Assembly (NCBI GenBank): GCA_964406085.1
Contig: CAYOQL010000006.1
Location: 3,657 to 67,656, forward strand
DNA from: an uncultured Herminiimonas sp.
GTDB taxonomy: Bacteria > Pseudomonadota > Gammaproteobacteria > Burkholderiales > Burkholderiaceae_D
Reading direction: 5' to 3'
DNA length: 64,000 nucleotides
A model generated the notes under the pieces. It was not told the origin of the DNA and did not search any database. It was given only the letters and a program-made list of their open reading frames with translations. A program made the translations under genes and the position numbers. Shown piece after piece: positions 32,987 to 42,364 of the stretch; position 1 is the stretch's first letter; every line of letters begins with the position of its first letter.

Positions 32987-33045
32987 CTGTTTACCTCCCT
33001 CAACATAGTGTCATCCTCTATCCAAGTCCTGTAGTTCGAACTTTG

Positions 33046-35349
33046 TCAGGTGGATAACTTTAACAGCAAAATTGCCACTTTTGCACCATTCGTGGTGGTT
33101 CGATTTTTTATGTCGATGCGCCCACCATGTTCTTCGATAATCTTCTTCACCATAGCAAGGCCTAGACCAGTGCCGCGCGGTTTGGAAGTAATGTAGGGTT
33201 CAAATGCATGTGCCAGAATTTTCGGAGAGAAACCCGGGCCATTATCGGTAATGGACAGTTGCACTGCGTTACTGACCGTGCCATCCGAACTGCGATAATG
33301 AATTTCTTCCGTAATAATATCGATACGGGCAGGGGTGTCTTTGTTTGGGCGGTCACTGACCGCGTCTTGCGCATTCTGCAGCAGATTGTGTATGACTTGG
33401 CGTAATTGTGTAGGGTCGCCCATCACATGCGGCAAGCCCTCACCTAAATTGGCGTAAATGATATCGCGTTCATCGCCGGCGAGATAGAGATGCAGAATTT
33501 CTTCAATCAGTGCATTCAGATCGAGTTCGGACAGCACTGCCGGCGGTGTCTTTGCATAGTCGCGGAAATCATCGACCATACGCTTCATCGCAGTAACCTG
33601 ATTGACGATAGTCGCAGTGCTGCGCTCCAGTATTTTCGTATCCTGCTCGTTCAACTTGCCTTCGAGTTTCATCTGCAGGCGTTCTGCCGACAGTTGTATC
33701 GGGGTCAGCGGATTCTTGATTTCATGCGCGAGGCGCCGCGCCACTTCGCCCCATGCAATCGAGCGCTGCGCAGAAATCACGTCAGAGATGTCATCGAATA
33801 CCACCACATAACCGCTGTCCCTCGCGGCCGGCAGGCGCGATCCGCGTGCCAACAACGAAATATCGTTTTCCGCTTCCGGCCCTCCCATGCGGCGCGGCAC
33901 ATCGATCTGATGTTGCCAGTGCAGATTTTCGGCGCCTGCACCACCTGCTGCCGATTGCGCGCTTTGTTCGGAAAATGATCGTGTGATGACTTCGGCGAAT
34001 GCGCTCAGGCCATCGATCTCCTTGATAGGCTTGCCGATGTGCTGACCGAAGTCATGTTCCAGAATACGCTCTACCGATTCATTGCAGGTAACGAGTTTGA
34101 AATTGCGGTCCAGTACCATCACGCCCGCTGACATATTGGCCAGTACCGATTCCAGATACCCTTTGGCGTTTTCCAGTTCGTTGCGGTTTTTTTCCACCGA
34201 TGCGCGCGCGTCGAACAACTGGCGTGTCATGGTGTTGAAGGATTGCGTCAGAGTGCCGAGTTCATCCGAGGTTGCAATAATAGGTCTGGGCGACAGATTG
34301 CCTTCGGCAACCGCTTTGGTGCCCTCTGCCAGCAACAGCAGTGGCTTGGCCAGATCGCTGGCGATCAAAAATGCACCGGCAATCGCGCCGAAGATCGCCA
34401 GCAGCAGGGTTAGCGTCAAGGTCACGATATAGATTTTGCGCAGTCCTGTGCGCGCAATATACCGTTCCTGATATTCACTGTAGGCCACGCGTAGCGCTTC
34501 TGCATTGGTTGCCAGTTGTTCCGGCACTGGCTGCAGCAATTGCAGATAACGTGGTTCGGTTTGAAAGGATAATGTCCTGCTTGCGCTCGGAATCGCGACG
34601 ACAACGCGCAAACGCAAACTGTTGCCTGGGTTGGCTGCAGGATTGGTGATAGTGTTGGTCGTTGCGTTGCTGACTGCCGGGCTGTTGTCCTGAAAATCGG
34701 TATTGCCTTCGATAACTGCGTATCCACGCGTCAGCCTGGCCTGGCGCAACATCGCTGCAGTAGGCAGGTCGGGCAGGAAGGCGCTGAGCTGTGAGCCGGA
34801 GCTTGCCACCATCTGGCCGGTACCGGTCACGATGACAGCTTCCTGCGACAGGTTTTGATCGCGTATGCGCGACAACTGCGTGATTTGGTTGGCTTCGGAT
34901 GAATCGGATAATTCCAGCGCCATGTTGCGCGCCCTGACGCGTAATTCATCCAGAGAAGAATCGAGTGCGGCACGACCTAGATTGAGACCGGCTTCCAGCG
35001 CAGATTCAACCCGTACGTCAAACCAGGATTCGATCGAGCGCGAAACAAATTGCACGGAGACGGTATAAATCACGGCGCCAGGCAAGATGCCGATCATGGC
35101 AAACAGCAGCACCAATTTTGCCATCAGCCTGGAGCCAAACTTGCCGCGCCGATAGCGCTTGTATAAACGTATCAGCAACAACGTAACCAGCATCAGCAAT
35201 GCCGCGGCAACGCCTGCATTGAGAATCAGCAGCCACGGATAATTGCGTTCGAACAGGTTGGAGTTTTCTGACGCGGAGGCCAGCAGGAATAGCAGGATAC
35301 TGATAACGGCGCCGCCAACTATCAGCAAATACCGAAGTAACCTGGTCAC
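33046..35349 (-). CDS. NtrY-like sensor histidine kinase (TM, HAMP, PAS, HisKA, HATPase)
   Basis: 767 aa. H-box LAHEIKNPLTPI and the N/G boxes (NLLQNA, DNGPGF, GTGLGL) are present. Confidence 0.85.
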   Translation of the reverse strand: MTRLLRYLLIVGGAVISILLFLLASASENSNLFERNYPWLLILNAGVAAALLMLVTLLLIRLYKRYRRGKFGSRLMAKLVLLFAMIGILPGAVIYTVSVQFVSRSIESWFDVRVESALEAGLNLGRAALDSSLDELRVRARNMALELSDSSEANQITQLSRIRDQNLSQEAVIVTGTGQMVASSGSQLSAFLPDLPTAAMLRQARLTRGYAVIEGNTDFQDNSPAVSNATTNTITNPAANPGNSLRLRVVVAIPSASRTLSFQTEPRYLQLLQPVPEQLATNAEALRVAYSEYQERYIARTGLRKIYIVTLTLTLLLAIFGAIAGAFLIASDLAKPLLLLAEGTKAVAEGNLSPRPIIATSDELGTLTQSFNTMTRQLFDARASVEKNRNELENAKGYLESVLANMSAGVMVLDRNFKLVTCNESVERILEHDFGQHIGKPIKEIDGLSAFAEVITRSFSEQSAQSAAGGAGAENLHWQHQIDVPRRMGGPEAENDISLLARGSRLPAARDSGYVVVFDDISDVISAQRSIAWGEVARRLAHEIKNPLTPIQLSAERLQMKLEGKLNEQDTKILERSTATIVNQVTAMKRMVDDFRDYAKTPPAVLSELDLNALIEEILHLYLAGDERDIIYANLGEGLPHVMGDPTQLRQVIHNLLQNAQDAVSDRPNKDTPARIDIITEEIHYRSSDGTVSNAVQLSITDNGPGFSPKILAHAFEPYITSKPRGTGLGLAMVKKIIEEHGGRIDIKNRTTTNGAKVAILLLKLST

Positions 35350-35930
35350 TGCCGTTCCGCCGTATAGAGAAAGTGCTTCCAGTTAGAAGTCAGGCGCCAG
35401 TCGCTGCTATTGAGTGCATGGACCTGAAACGGCTTGGGAAGCTGGGCAACATCGAGCTGCATACGGACGGAGACGGAATAAGTCTGGCCAACCTTTAACG
35501 CATTTCGGTCGGCGACCACCCAGCGATTGGGGCGGCGCACCAGGGACAGTGCATCGTCAAGTGTCGGGAAGCTTTGCTGCAGCCTTCCGGTAATGGCGGC
35601 GTGATATTGCCGGGTGAGGACGTTGTAGGAAATGCGTATGGTTTGCGATTCAACGATTTCTTTTTCATCAAACCAGTACCAGCGAGGTTTGGTGATTTGG
35701 ATCTCGGTCGTGAAATACAAGGGGATGCCGCGATTCAGTGCATCTTCCAGTCCACGATTCAAATCGAAAGCAAAGGTCGACGACAGCCGATAACCTTCGC
35801 TGCTGTCCTCCAGATGCGCTTGTTCAATCTCGATGCCATCCGCAGCATATGCGCCGGCAAACTGCAGCGAAAACGCCAGCAGCAAGGAGGCGCAAAGCCA
35901 ATAGAGGGAAATGGGAGAGTGTAGTTTCAC
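35346..35930 (-). CDS. DUF4390 domain protein (secreted)
   Basis: Has a signal peptide. Conserved position between rsmB and the ntrY-like kinase. 4-nt overlap with the kinase gene. Confidence 0.6.
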   Translation of the reverse strand: MKLHSPISLYWLCASLLLAFSLQFAGAYAADGIEIEQAHLEDSSEGYRLSSTFAFDLNRGLEDALNRGIPLYFTTEIQITKPRWYWFDEKEIVESQTIRISYNVLTRQYHAAITGRLQQSFPTLDDALSLVRRPNRWVVADRNALKVGQTYSVSVRMQLDVAQLPKPFQVHALNSSDWRLTSNWKHFLYTAERQ

Positions 35931-35981
35931 GCGTGATGACAGTGCAGTCGGCTGGCAGATGGTATCGGTTGAATAAGAAGA

Positions 35982-37298
35982 TCAGACTCCGGATTTTTGA
36001 AACAATGCGTAAAACAGGCCGTCATGATCGTTTTCCAAACTTGCTGCTGGCAACAACTGGCCGGGAGCAGGCAATCTCGTCGCATTATTGCGCACCGCAA
36101 ACGCAGCTGCCTGCGCTTCTGATTCCTGCGGCCACAATGAGCACGTTACGAATAGCAATTTACCATCCGCTCGCAGCATCTGCCAAAGGTTGTCTAGAAT
36201 TTCGCCGGAAATTGTTGCAAGCTGTGCAGTATCGCTTTTGCGTCGCAGCCAGCGTATATCGGGATGCCTCCGCACGATGCCTGATGCAGTACATGGCACA
36301 TCGGCCAGGATGCGGTCGAAAGGTTTGCCATCCCACCAATTGTTTTCGCTGGCATCGCCGGTCAGCAAGGATGCCTGTAATTGCAGGCGCTCCAAATTTT
36401 CGGTAATGCGCGACATGCGGCGTTCATCGCTATCAAGTGCAATCAGTTCGACCTGAGCGGTTTCGAGAATGTGGCCGGTTTTTCCACCCGGCGCCGCGCA
36501 TGCATCCAGCACGCGCATGCCATCTTGCACATCGAGCAAAGGTGCGGCCAATTGGGCGGCAGCGTCCTGCACGGAAACCAAGCCGTCAATGAAGCCGGGA
36601 ATTTGACTGACAGGCGTTGCTTGCGCGAGGCGCACTGCAAACGGACCTATGCGGGTGGCAGCGATGTCTTGTTGCGCCAGCATTGCCAGGTAATCGGCTA
36701 CGCTGATTTTGCGTTGATTGACGCGCAAGGTCAGTGGCGGTGCAGCGTTGCCAGCCGTGAGTATCGCTTGCCAGTCTTGCGGATAGGCCGAACGCATCCG
36801 GTCTATCCACCAGTCCGGATAATTCCAGACGGCCATTTGCGTGCCGGCTGCACTTTTCATCAGCGCATCGCGTTCACGCAAAAAGCGCCGCAAGATGGCG
36901 TTCACCATGCCTTTGGCATGCGCCATGTCTGGATCTGCGGCGGCCGCTGTTACTGCTTGATCGACCACAGTGAAATCACTGTAGCGCGCGCCTGCGGTGG
37001 CCGCTTCCGGATCTGAAATCAGTGCGAGCGAACAACACAACAGGCCGTGCAAAATGGCCGGGTCGGTTTGCTTGGTCGTCATTGCATTGAGCAAGGCTTC
37101 GGCACGACCGATATGGCGCATGCAGTGATACGAAATATCCTGGATGGCGCCGCGCGCTTGCGGGCTTGCATTGGTTTGCGCAAAAATCCGTGCCAGCGAT
37201 TGGGGCAATGCGATGCCGCGTCCGACATCGGCAACAGCCTGTGCGGCACCGTGCAGAGTAAAGGAAAGGGAATCCGGTTTTAAATGAATGGTCGCCAC
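35982..37298 (-). CDS. rsmB: 16S rRNA (cytosine967-C5)-methyltransferase
   Basis: NusB-like N-terminus. SAM motif DACAAPGGKT and catalytic PCTASG and TCS motifs. Confidence 0.9.
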   Translation of the reverse strand: MATIHLKPDSLSFTLHGAAQAVADVGRGIALPQSLARIFAQTNASPQARGAIQDISYHCMRHIGRAEALLNAMTTKQTDPAILHGLLCCSLALISDPEAATAGARYSDFTVVDQAVTAAAADPDMAHAKGMVNAILRRFLRERDALMKSAAGTQMAVWNYPDWWIDRMRSAYPQDWQAILTAGNAAPPLTLRVNQRKISVADYLAMLAQQDIAATRIGPFAVRLAQATPVSQIPGFIDGLVSVQDAAAQLAAPLLDVQDGMRVLDACAAPGGKTGHILETAQVELIALDSDERRMSRITENLERLQLQASLLTGDASENNWWDGKPFDRILADVPCTASGIVRRHPDIRWLRRKSDTAQLATISGEILDNLWQMLRADGKLLFVTCSLWPQESEAQAAAFAVRNNATRLPAPGQLLPAASLENDHDGLFYALFQKSGV

Positions 37299-37678
37299 AT
37301 TATGTTTTCGTTAGGGCGGATGAGGCCGAATACGATGCAACGATCGTCCACGGCGGCTTCCTGCCTGAGCCAACTTGCAAGAATAACCGTGCAATGCTCG
37401 TGATTTTCAATGACGTGATTGTAACGGGAGCGGACTGTCCGCGCGCATTATGCGCGATAAATTGCGGAAGTTTATGGTTTGCATGTCGGCCGTATAAGGA
37501 CAAAGATTCAACCGAAATGTAACCGGCAAGCGTCATGATCCAACGGCGAGGGAAATGCTTGATGCAAGCGGAAGTCAGTTTCGTGCCTACAAACTGCTTC
37601 CGCTTTCTTCATTGACGCGAGGCAAAAGCGTGCATGCGTTGCCTGCTGTGTGACTGTATCAACGGTGTTGCTTCAACA

Positions 37679-38023
37679 TTAAACGCCCCACATCACATCT
37701 TTGTTTTCTTCTCGTGCGGCGCGCAGCATTTCAAGCAGCGGGTAGGCCCGAGATGAAAAATGCACCGCCTCCGGTTGTTCGTGTTCATTGTCGTCGCCTT
37801 GTTCGCCATGATGGGCGACGACATCGCGTTCTACCGCCTCGGACGCGTAATGCGCCTTGCTTTCGGTTATTTCGTTTTCCAGTAATTTGATCGCATTGGC
37901 TGTTTCTGCTGCGGTAATGACGCCGCGTTTATGGTCTTTATGCAGAAGATCGAGAATACGTTTGGCATGTTCTTCATACATCATGACCTCGGCAGCCGCT
38001 TTGGATTTAAACGTAATTAACAT
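37679..38023 (-). CDS. DUF1840-like small protein
   Basis: MLITFKSKAAAEVMMYEEHAKRILDLL start. AAGGAGG lies 6 nt upstream of the chosen ATG. Confidence 0.55.
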   Translation of the reverse strand: MLITFKSKAAAEVMMYEEHAKRILDLLHKDHKRGVITAAETANAIKLLENEITESKAHYASEAVERDVVAHHGEQGDDNEHEQPEAVHFSSRAYPLLEMLRAAREENKDVMWGV

Positions 38024-38142
38024 GAGCATCCTCCTTGTTGTGAGCCTGATAAAACGATAGCACGATTTCAAAATGGCTTCTAGCGCCGTTCAGTCGCATA
38101 TTGTGAACAGCATATACCTGTAAAGACAGAAATGCTTGTGAG

Positions 38143-38691
38143 CTAGTTCAATTTGAAAGAAGAGAAAAATGTCGTCACCACATCGCGACTGACCGATTTC
38201 TCGGGGCCGATCACTATCAGTTGATACACGTGCGTTTCTTTTGCCAGAAAGCGCGCAAACAAAACGCGATTCTGACCATTCGCTGTCGCGCCGATGGCTT
38301 CAATCTCAGTGAATACAACAGTGCCTGGACTATTCATCGATTGCGGCATGGTAAGCACTTTTTCCTGCTTGATATTGCCGCTGATATTGTTGACCATCGC
38401 GGTCTTCATTGCCGCCAGTGAAATTTGCGCTTGCACTGCGTCCGGCAACGCTGCGCTGCCGACTGCGAAAGTAATGCCATCAACCTCGGATGCGACCATC
38501 GTCATGGAGACGGGTATGCCTTTGAGGTCGATTTTCCGGGTGTATGTTGTGGGCTTGGTCGGCAGCGCGACGATATAAGATGCTGTTTCGCTGCGCACTT
38601 CGCGCCAATCGAACTTGGGCGAACACGCGCTCAGCAAGAGAATGCTGGCGATGAAAACCGTATTGCGTAGGTGGGTAGGTGAAAAAATCAT
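38143..38691 (-). CDS. Hypothetical lipoprotein
   Basis: Lipobox LLSAC after a hydrophobic signal. Confidence 0.55.
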   Translation of the reverse strand: MIFSPTHLRNTVFIASILLLSACSPKFDWREVRSETASYIVALPTKPTTYTRKIDLKGIPVSMTMVASEVDGITFAVGSAALPDAVQAQISLAAMKTAMVNNISGNIKQEKVLTMPQSMNSPGTVVFTEIEAIGATANGQNRVLFARFLAKETHVYQLIVIGPEKSVSRDVVTTFFSSFKLN

Positions 38692-38849
38692 GGCGATGAA
38701 GGCGTGTGCGGGACAGCCATGTTACACCCTGCACTCTAGCGGGCCGTAATTCTCGTTCTTGCAAGTGGCGCGGGTGATGCCCGCGCCGGCAAGGCGAGTA
38801 AAATCTTCCAAAAATGAAAAGTTCTGCAAACCTGTCATAAGGCAATCTC

Positions 38850-39635
38850 ATGGGAAAACTGCTGGCGATCGATGGTTTAAACATCGTACGGCGTGTGTAT
38901 GAAGCAAATGTGGAGCCCGACTCATCAGCCAAGGCCGAGTCGGCGCTGCGCCATTCGATCGCCTCGTTTAAAAAACTGCTGGCGACGCACCAGCCTACAC
39001 ATGTATTGCCTGCCTTTGATTTTGGCGGCCACACGTGGCGTCATGATTTGTATCCGCAATATCGCGAAAAGCGCGAAGCGATGCCAGACGTATTACGCGA
39101 GCGCCTGCCGGATTTTTACGCGCAACTGGCGACACTCGGACTGAAGGTAGTGTCGGTGCCCGAAGTGGAAGCCGATGACGTGATCGCAACTGCCGTGATG
39201 CGCTGGTTGGCAGAGGGTCGCGGCGATGCAGTCATTGCGTCAACCGACAAGGATTTGCATGTGCTGATTGCGCACGGCGCGGTGGTATGGGATCACTTCA
39301 AAAGCGAATGGCACGACAGCAAATGGGTGGAAGATAAGTTCGGCGTGCCGCCAGAAAAATTGACGGATCTTTTGGCTTTGATGGGTGATGTATCCGATAG
39401 CATTCCCGGCGTATCCAAAGTCGGCGTGAAGACCGCCGCCAAGTTGTTGCAAAGTTACGGCGATATCGATCGCATCATGGCCGGTGCCGGCATTTTGAAG
39501 GATAGCTTGGGCGAGCGTTTGCGCAAGGATAGTGCGCAGCTCGCTGTATCGCGAAAACTGGTTGAGTTGAAAGCGGATGTGAGGATGGGCGTGACATGGA
39601 ATATGCTGGCATTCGACGCGATGCAAACTACTTGA
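38850..39635 (+). CDS. xni: Flap endonuclease Xni (5'-3' exonuclease family)
   Basis: LLAIDGLNIVRR, EADDVIAT and the H3TH segment DSIPGVSKVGVKTAAKLL. Confidence 0.85.
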   Translation: MGKLLAIDGLNIVRRVYEANVEPDSSAKAESALRHSIASFKKLLATHQPTHVLPAFDFGGHTWRHDLYPQYREKREAMPDVLRERLPDFYAQLATLGLKVVSVPEVEADDVIATAVMRWLAEGRGDAVIASTDKDLHVLIAHGAVVWDHFKSEWHDSKWVEDKFGVPPEKLTDLLALMGDVSDSIPGVSKVGVKTAAKLLQSYGDIDRIMAGAGILKDSLGERLRKDSAQLAVSRKLVELKADVRMGVTWNMLAFDAMQTT

Positions 39636-39686
39636 TGTGCGATGACAGCACCTTAGTTACTACACACTTTTTGAAATCGAACTTTT

Positions 39687-39932
39687 ATGACTGAACTCAA
39701 TCAACACTACATCGTCCAGCAATGCAAAACCAATGCGGGCGAAAAAGAGTTACCTGTTTTTGCCAGGGCAATGCGCAGCAAGGACGGTGTTTTTGAGGGT
39801 GTATCTTTTATTCGCAATCGTGAAAAGGCATCCATCATGACGCTGGCAGAAGCGCAAGAAGCGGTGGCGTGGGCCAAGAAGAAAAAGCCGCTGGCAGGCT
39901 TGTACGAAACCAGCATTATTCCTGCAGAATAA
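39687..39932 (+). CDS. Hypothetical protein
   Basis: 81-aa ORF with a plausible start. No family recognised. Confidence 0.35.
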   Translation: MTELNQHYIVQQCKTNAGEKELPVFARAMRSKDGVFEGVSFIRNREKASIMTLAEAQEAVAWAKKKKPLAGLYETSIIPAE

Positions 39933-39998
39933 AGAGGTGCGATTTGCTTGCTGGCGAATCAGGTTAAGAATTTTTATGATCTCTGCGAAAGGGCAAGT

Positions 39999-40310
39999 AT
40001 GCGCTTGACGATGCGACGTATTATCACTTGCGGTGCTATTGCTTGTGCCGGATGGGGTGCGGTGGGTAGTGCATCGGCATCTTCCCCCGACGCATGGAAA
40101 GTCTTATACGAGACAACGGCCGATGCCTGTTTGAAGCAAAGCGGCTTGAAGAAAACCAAGGTGGTGGAAGGGCCGGTGTTGTTTTCCAATGCGATACTTT
40201 ACAAGATCAAGGGTACGTGGCCGCAGGCACATATGAAGGGTAAAAAGGGCAAGGTGTATTGCTCCCATCCCTACCCAAATGGGGCGCCTGAAATTGTTGA
40301 CGCGCCTTGA
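39999..40310 (+). CDS. Hypothetical secreted protein
   Basis: Internal start MRLTMRRIITCGAIACAGWGAVGSASA (signal peptide). Confidence 0.4.
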   Translation: MRLTMRRIITCGAIACAGWGAVGSASASSPDAWKVLYETTADACLKQSGLKKTKVVEGPVLFSNAILYKIKGTWPQAHMKGKKGKVYCSHPYPNGAPEIVDAP

Positions 40311-40562
40311 TTGAGCCTCCGCGTACTGCGATCCGTCGATTGACTTCCGTTGTTTGAAAAATGCTGTTGCGCGAAAGATGTATTTCCGTCGCTATACACA
40401 ACAGCATTAGTACGTCTGCCTATTTCAACGCATTGGAGCCGCCGGTAGTCGGCATGACCAGCGTGTCGTACTTTTCATTGGCGGCAATCGGACGGGCGTG
40501 CAAAGTAGCGCTTAATTTGCGGGCCTTTTTGATTTGCTCGATCAGCAAAAAGGATCTTTTGA

Positions 40563-40958
40563 CTATTGTTCGCGTAATGCGCGTCGGTATTGAATCGCCT
40601 CAGCCACGTGAGCTTGACTGATCGTTGCTGCATCACCCAGGTTGGCAATCGTGCGGGCGACTTTCAAGACGCGATGATAGGCGCGCGCAGACCAGTTCAG
40701 GCGCGTCATTGCAGTGCGCAATAACTGTTCGCCTGCTTCATCTGGCTTGCAATGACTGTCCATCTCATTGCCCGTCAATAAATTGTTGTGTTTGCCTTGC
40801 CGTGAGAGTTGTCGGGTTGATGCGTGCGCAACGCGTGCTGCGACATTTTCGGAGGATTCACCGGTCGATTGTTTGAGCAAGTCTTCATGTGCGAGTGCGC
40901 CGACTTGAATTTGCATATCTATGCGATCAAGCAAGGGCCCGGAGATTTTTCCCTGATT
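40563..40958 (-). pseudogene. comM: 3' fragment of comM/yifB (Mg-chelatase-like AAA+ competence protein), truncated by island insertion
   Basis: Translation QGKISGPLLDRIDMQIQV...WSARAYHRVLKVARTIANLGDA...HVAEAIQYR is the ComM C-terminal third. Upstream of it the reading frame becomes unrelated AT-rich sequence. No N-terminal Lon/AAA+ part is present in the window. Confidence 0.85.
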
Positions 40959-41148
40959 GCCCATCCGCAAATTTAAGCTAACTACGAATGTGTACATATT
41001 CAAAGCGCTACGAGATGTCAGCTTAACTGCAAACTGACTCAAACCATCATAGTTAAACTAACTTTGAAAGTTTCCCACCCTTCGACCGTCTAGGTGAATG
41101 TATTTGGTCAAAAGGTGCCTTTTGGTGCGGATGCTCTAAGCTTCATGG

Positions 41149-41439
41149 TCATTTGTCGTCGCTCTGAGAAATTATCTTTGGAAGTTCGTGTTCAACAATG
41201 TGTCCGTTGGCGGCTGAGACCGAAAAGAACGAAATTCCTAAGCTGTCAGCAATATCCATAAATTTTCCAAGGCTTACCGTTGGCTTCCCTGCCTCAATGT
41301 CTGTAAGCGTCTGTATCGAGATTCCTGCGAGCGCGCACGCATCAACGACGCGCATTCGCGCGGCTCTACGGCCAGCACGCACTGCTGCACCAAAGTCAGA
41401 GACCGCATTAATTTTTCCGAAATGCTCTGGTTTGCTCAT
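41149..41439 (-). CDS. XRE-family HTH transcriptional regulator
   Basis: 96 aa. HTH ACALAGISIQTLTDIEAGKPTVSLGKFMDIADSLG. Confidence 0.8.
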   Translation of the reverse strand: MSKPEHFGKINAVSDFGAAVRAGRRAARMRVVDACALAGISIQTLTDIEAGKPTVSLGKFMDIADSLGISFFSVSAANGHIVEHELPKIISQSDDK

Positions 41440-41458
41440 GGGATACTCCTCGTCTAAA

Positions 41459-41527
41459 AATCTGCTATAGCAGAATTATGCCAAAAATTCAGGGCATTTT
41501 TTATAATAATTCTGCTCTGATAGAATT
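41459..41527. promoter_or_regulatory. Two related TCTGCT...AGAATT inverted-repeat sites (candidate XRE operators)
   Basis: AATCTGCTATAGCAGAATT (41459-41477, with a perfect CTGCTATAGCAG core) and AATTCTGCTCTGATAGAATT (41508-41527). Both lie between the divergent XRE and HAD-like genes. Confidence 0.45.
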
Positions 41528-41670
41528 TTTACTGCTTGAATGTTGGGGCTGAAGGCCACGAGTCATGGGGCTTAACGCTAGGCTATGTCACCCAAATTGA
41601 CATTGAAAAGCAAGCTCAGTTAGCCTTCATACAGTGCATTTCAGATGGGGAGCAGGCCAAGGTGAGTCTT

Positions 41671-42216
41671 ATGCAAACAAAGACAAAACAAGCAACGCGG
41701 CCAATTATCTTTTTAGATATGGATGACGTGCTTTGTATCGATATCAAGTATTCGAGTATAGAAGTGAAGGCGGCCTTTAAAAGCTACGAGACAAATTACC
41801 CAGGGTTGTGGGCAAATCTAGTGCACACAGATGCTCGGATGAATTTACTCGAACTACACACGGAATTTTTTCCACAATACGTATTGAGTTCAAGCTGGTC
41901 ATGCACATTTGAAGAATGGCAAATGAAGGAGGTATTTAAAAGAACTGAATTGGATTTCGTTGCGAAAAATCTGCACAAAGAATGGACAACTCCGAAAGAG
42001 CTAGGCTCTAGCAGAATTAAAGAAATTGAAAATTGGCTTGCAAAATATATGCATCCCAAACGACCAATACTGATTCTCGACGATGCTGATAGTGGTTGGA
42101 CGCTAAAAGATAGTCGTCTTGATAAATTAGGAGTAATAGTTTTCTGCGAACCAAGTATTGGATTTAACGAGCAATGTCTTATACAGGCTCGAAAAATTCT
42201 TGGTTCCCAACTTTGA
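41671..42216 (+). CDS. HAD-like small protein (resembles stand-alone HAD domains of RNA-repair proteins)
   Basis: IIFLDMDDVL (DxDxV-type motif I) and ILILDDAD. Internal ATG chosen. Family call is tentative. Confidence 0.45.
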   Translation: MQTKTKQATRPIIFLDMDDVLCIDIKYSSIEVKAAFKSYETNYPGLWANLVHTDARMNLLELHTEFFPQYVLSSSWSCTFEEWQMKEVFKRTELDFVAKNLHKEWTTPKELGSSRIKEIENWLAKYMHPKRPILILDDADSGWTLKDSRLDKLGVIVFCEPSIGFNEQCLIQARKILGSQL

Positions 42217-42364
42217 GAGTTCAATGCATTGAGTATCAACATCTGCCGGCAAGTCGCATCACAAAGTGGCCTGTCGTTCGCAATCAAAGGTTGCCATTAG
42301 CCGGGCAACTACGGACAGTCCGCTTTCCACCCGAAGTGGACGGTGGAGGTTAGGCATGATTGTC

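Noticed and set aside
37300-37678. 78-aa ORF 37300-37536(-) and a 380-bp gap upstream of rsmB.
   Set aside because: No RBS and no recognisable motif. More likely it is a promoter or leader region.
70-40500. Many long antisense or out-of-frame ORFs in the track, for example 70-615(-), 474-1034(-), 2520-3284(-), 1534-2244(-), 21333-22391(+), 23181-23924(-), 24434-25210(-), 25379-26110(-), 26552-27148(-), 36381-37016(+).
   Set aside because: They lie entirely inside well-supported genes on the other strand or frame. They have Arg/Ala/His-rich shadow-ORF composition typical of GC-rich DNA and match no family I recognise.
40311-40562. Possible tRNA or att target, or a small 41-aa ORF (LIEQIKKARKLSATLHARPIAANEKYDTLVMPTTGGSNALK, TTG start) downstream of comM.
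   Set aside because: No cloverleaf-like structure was seen. The small ORF has only a TTG start and matches no family I recognise.
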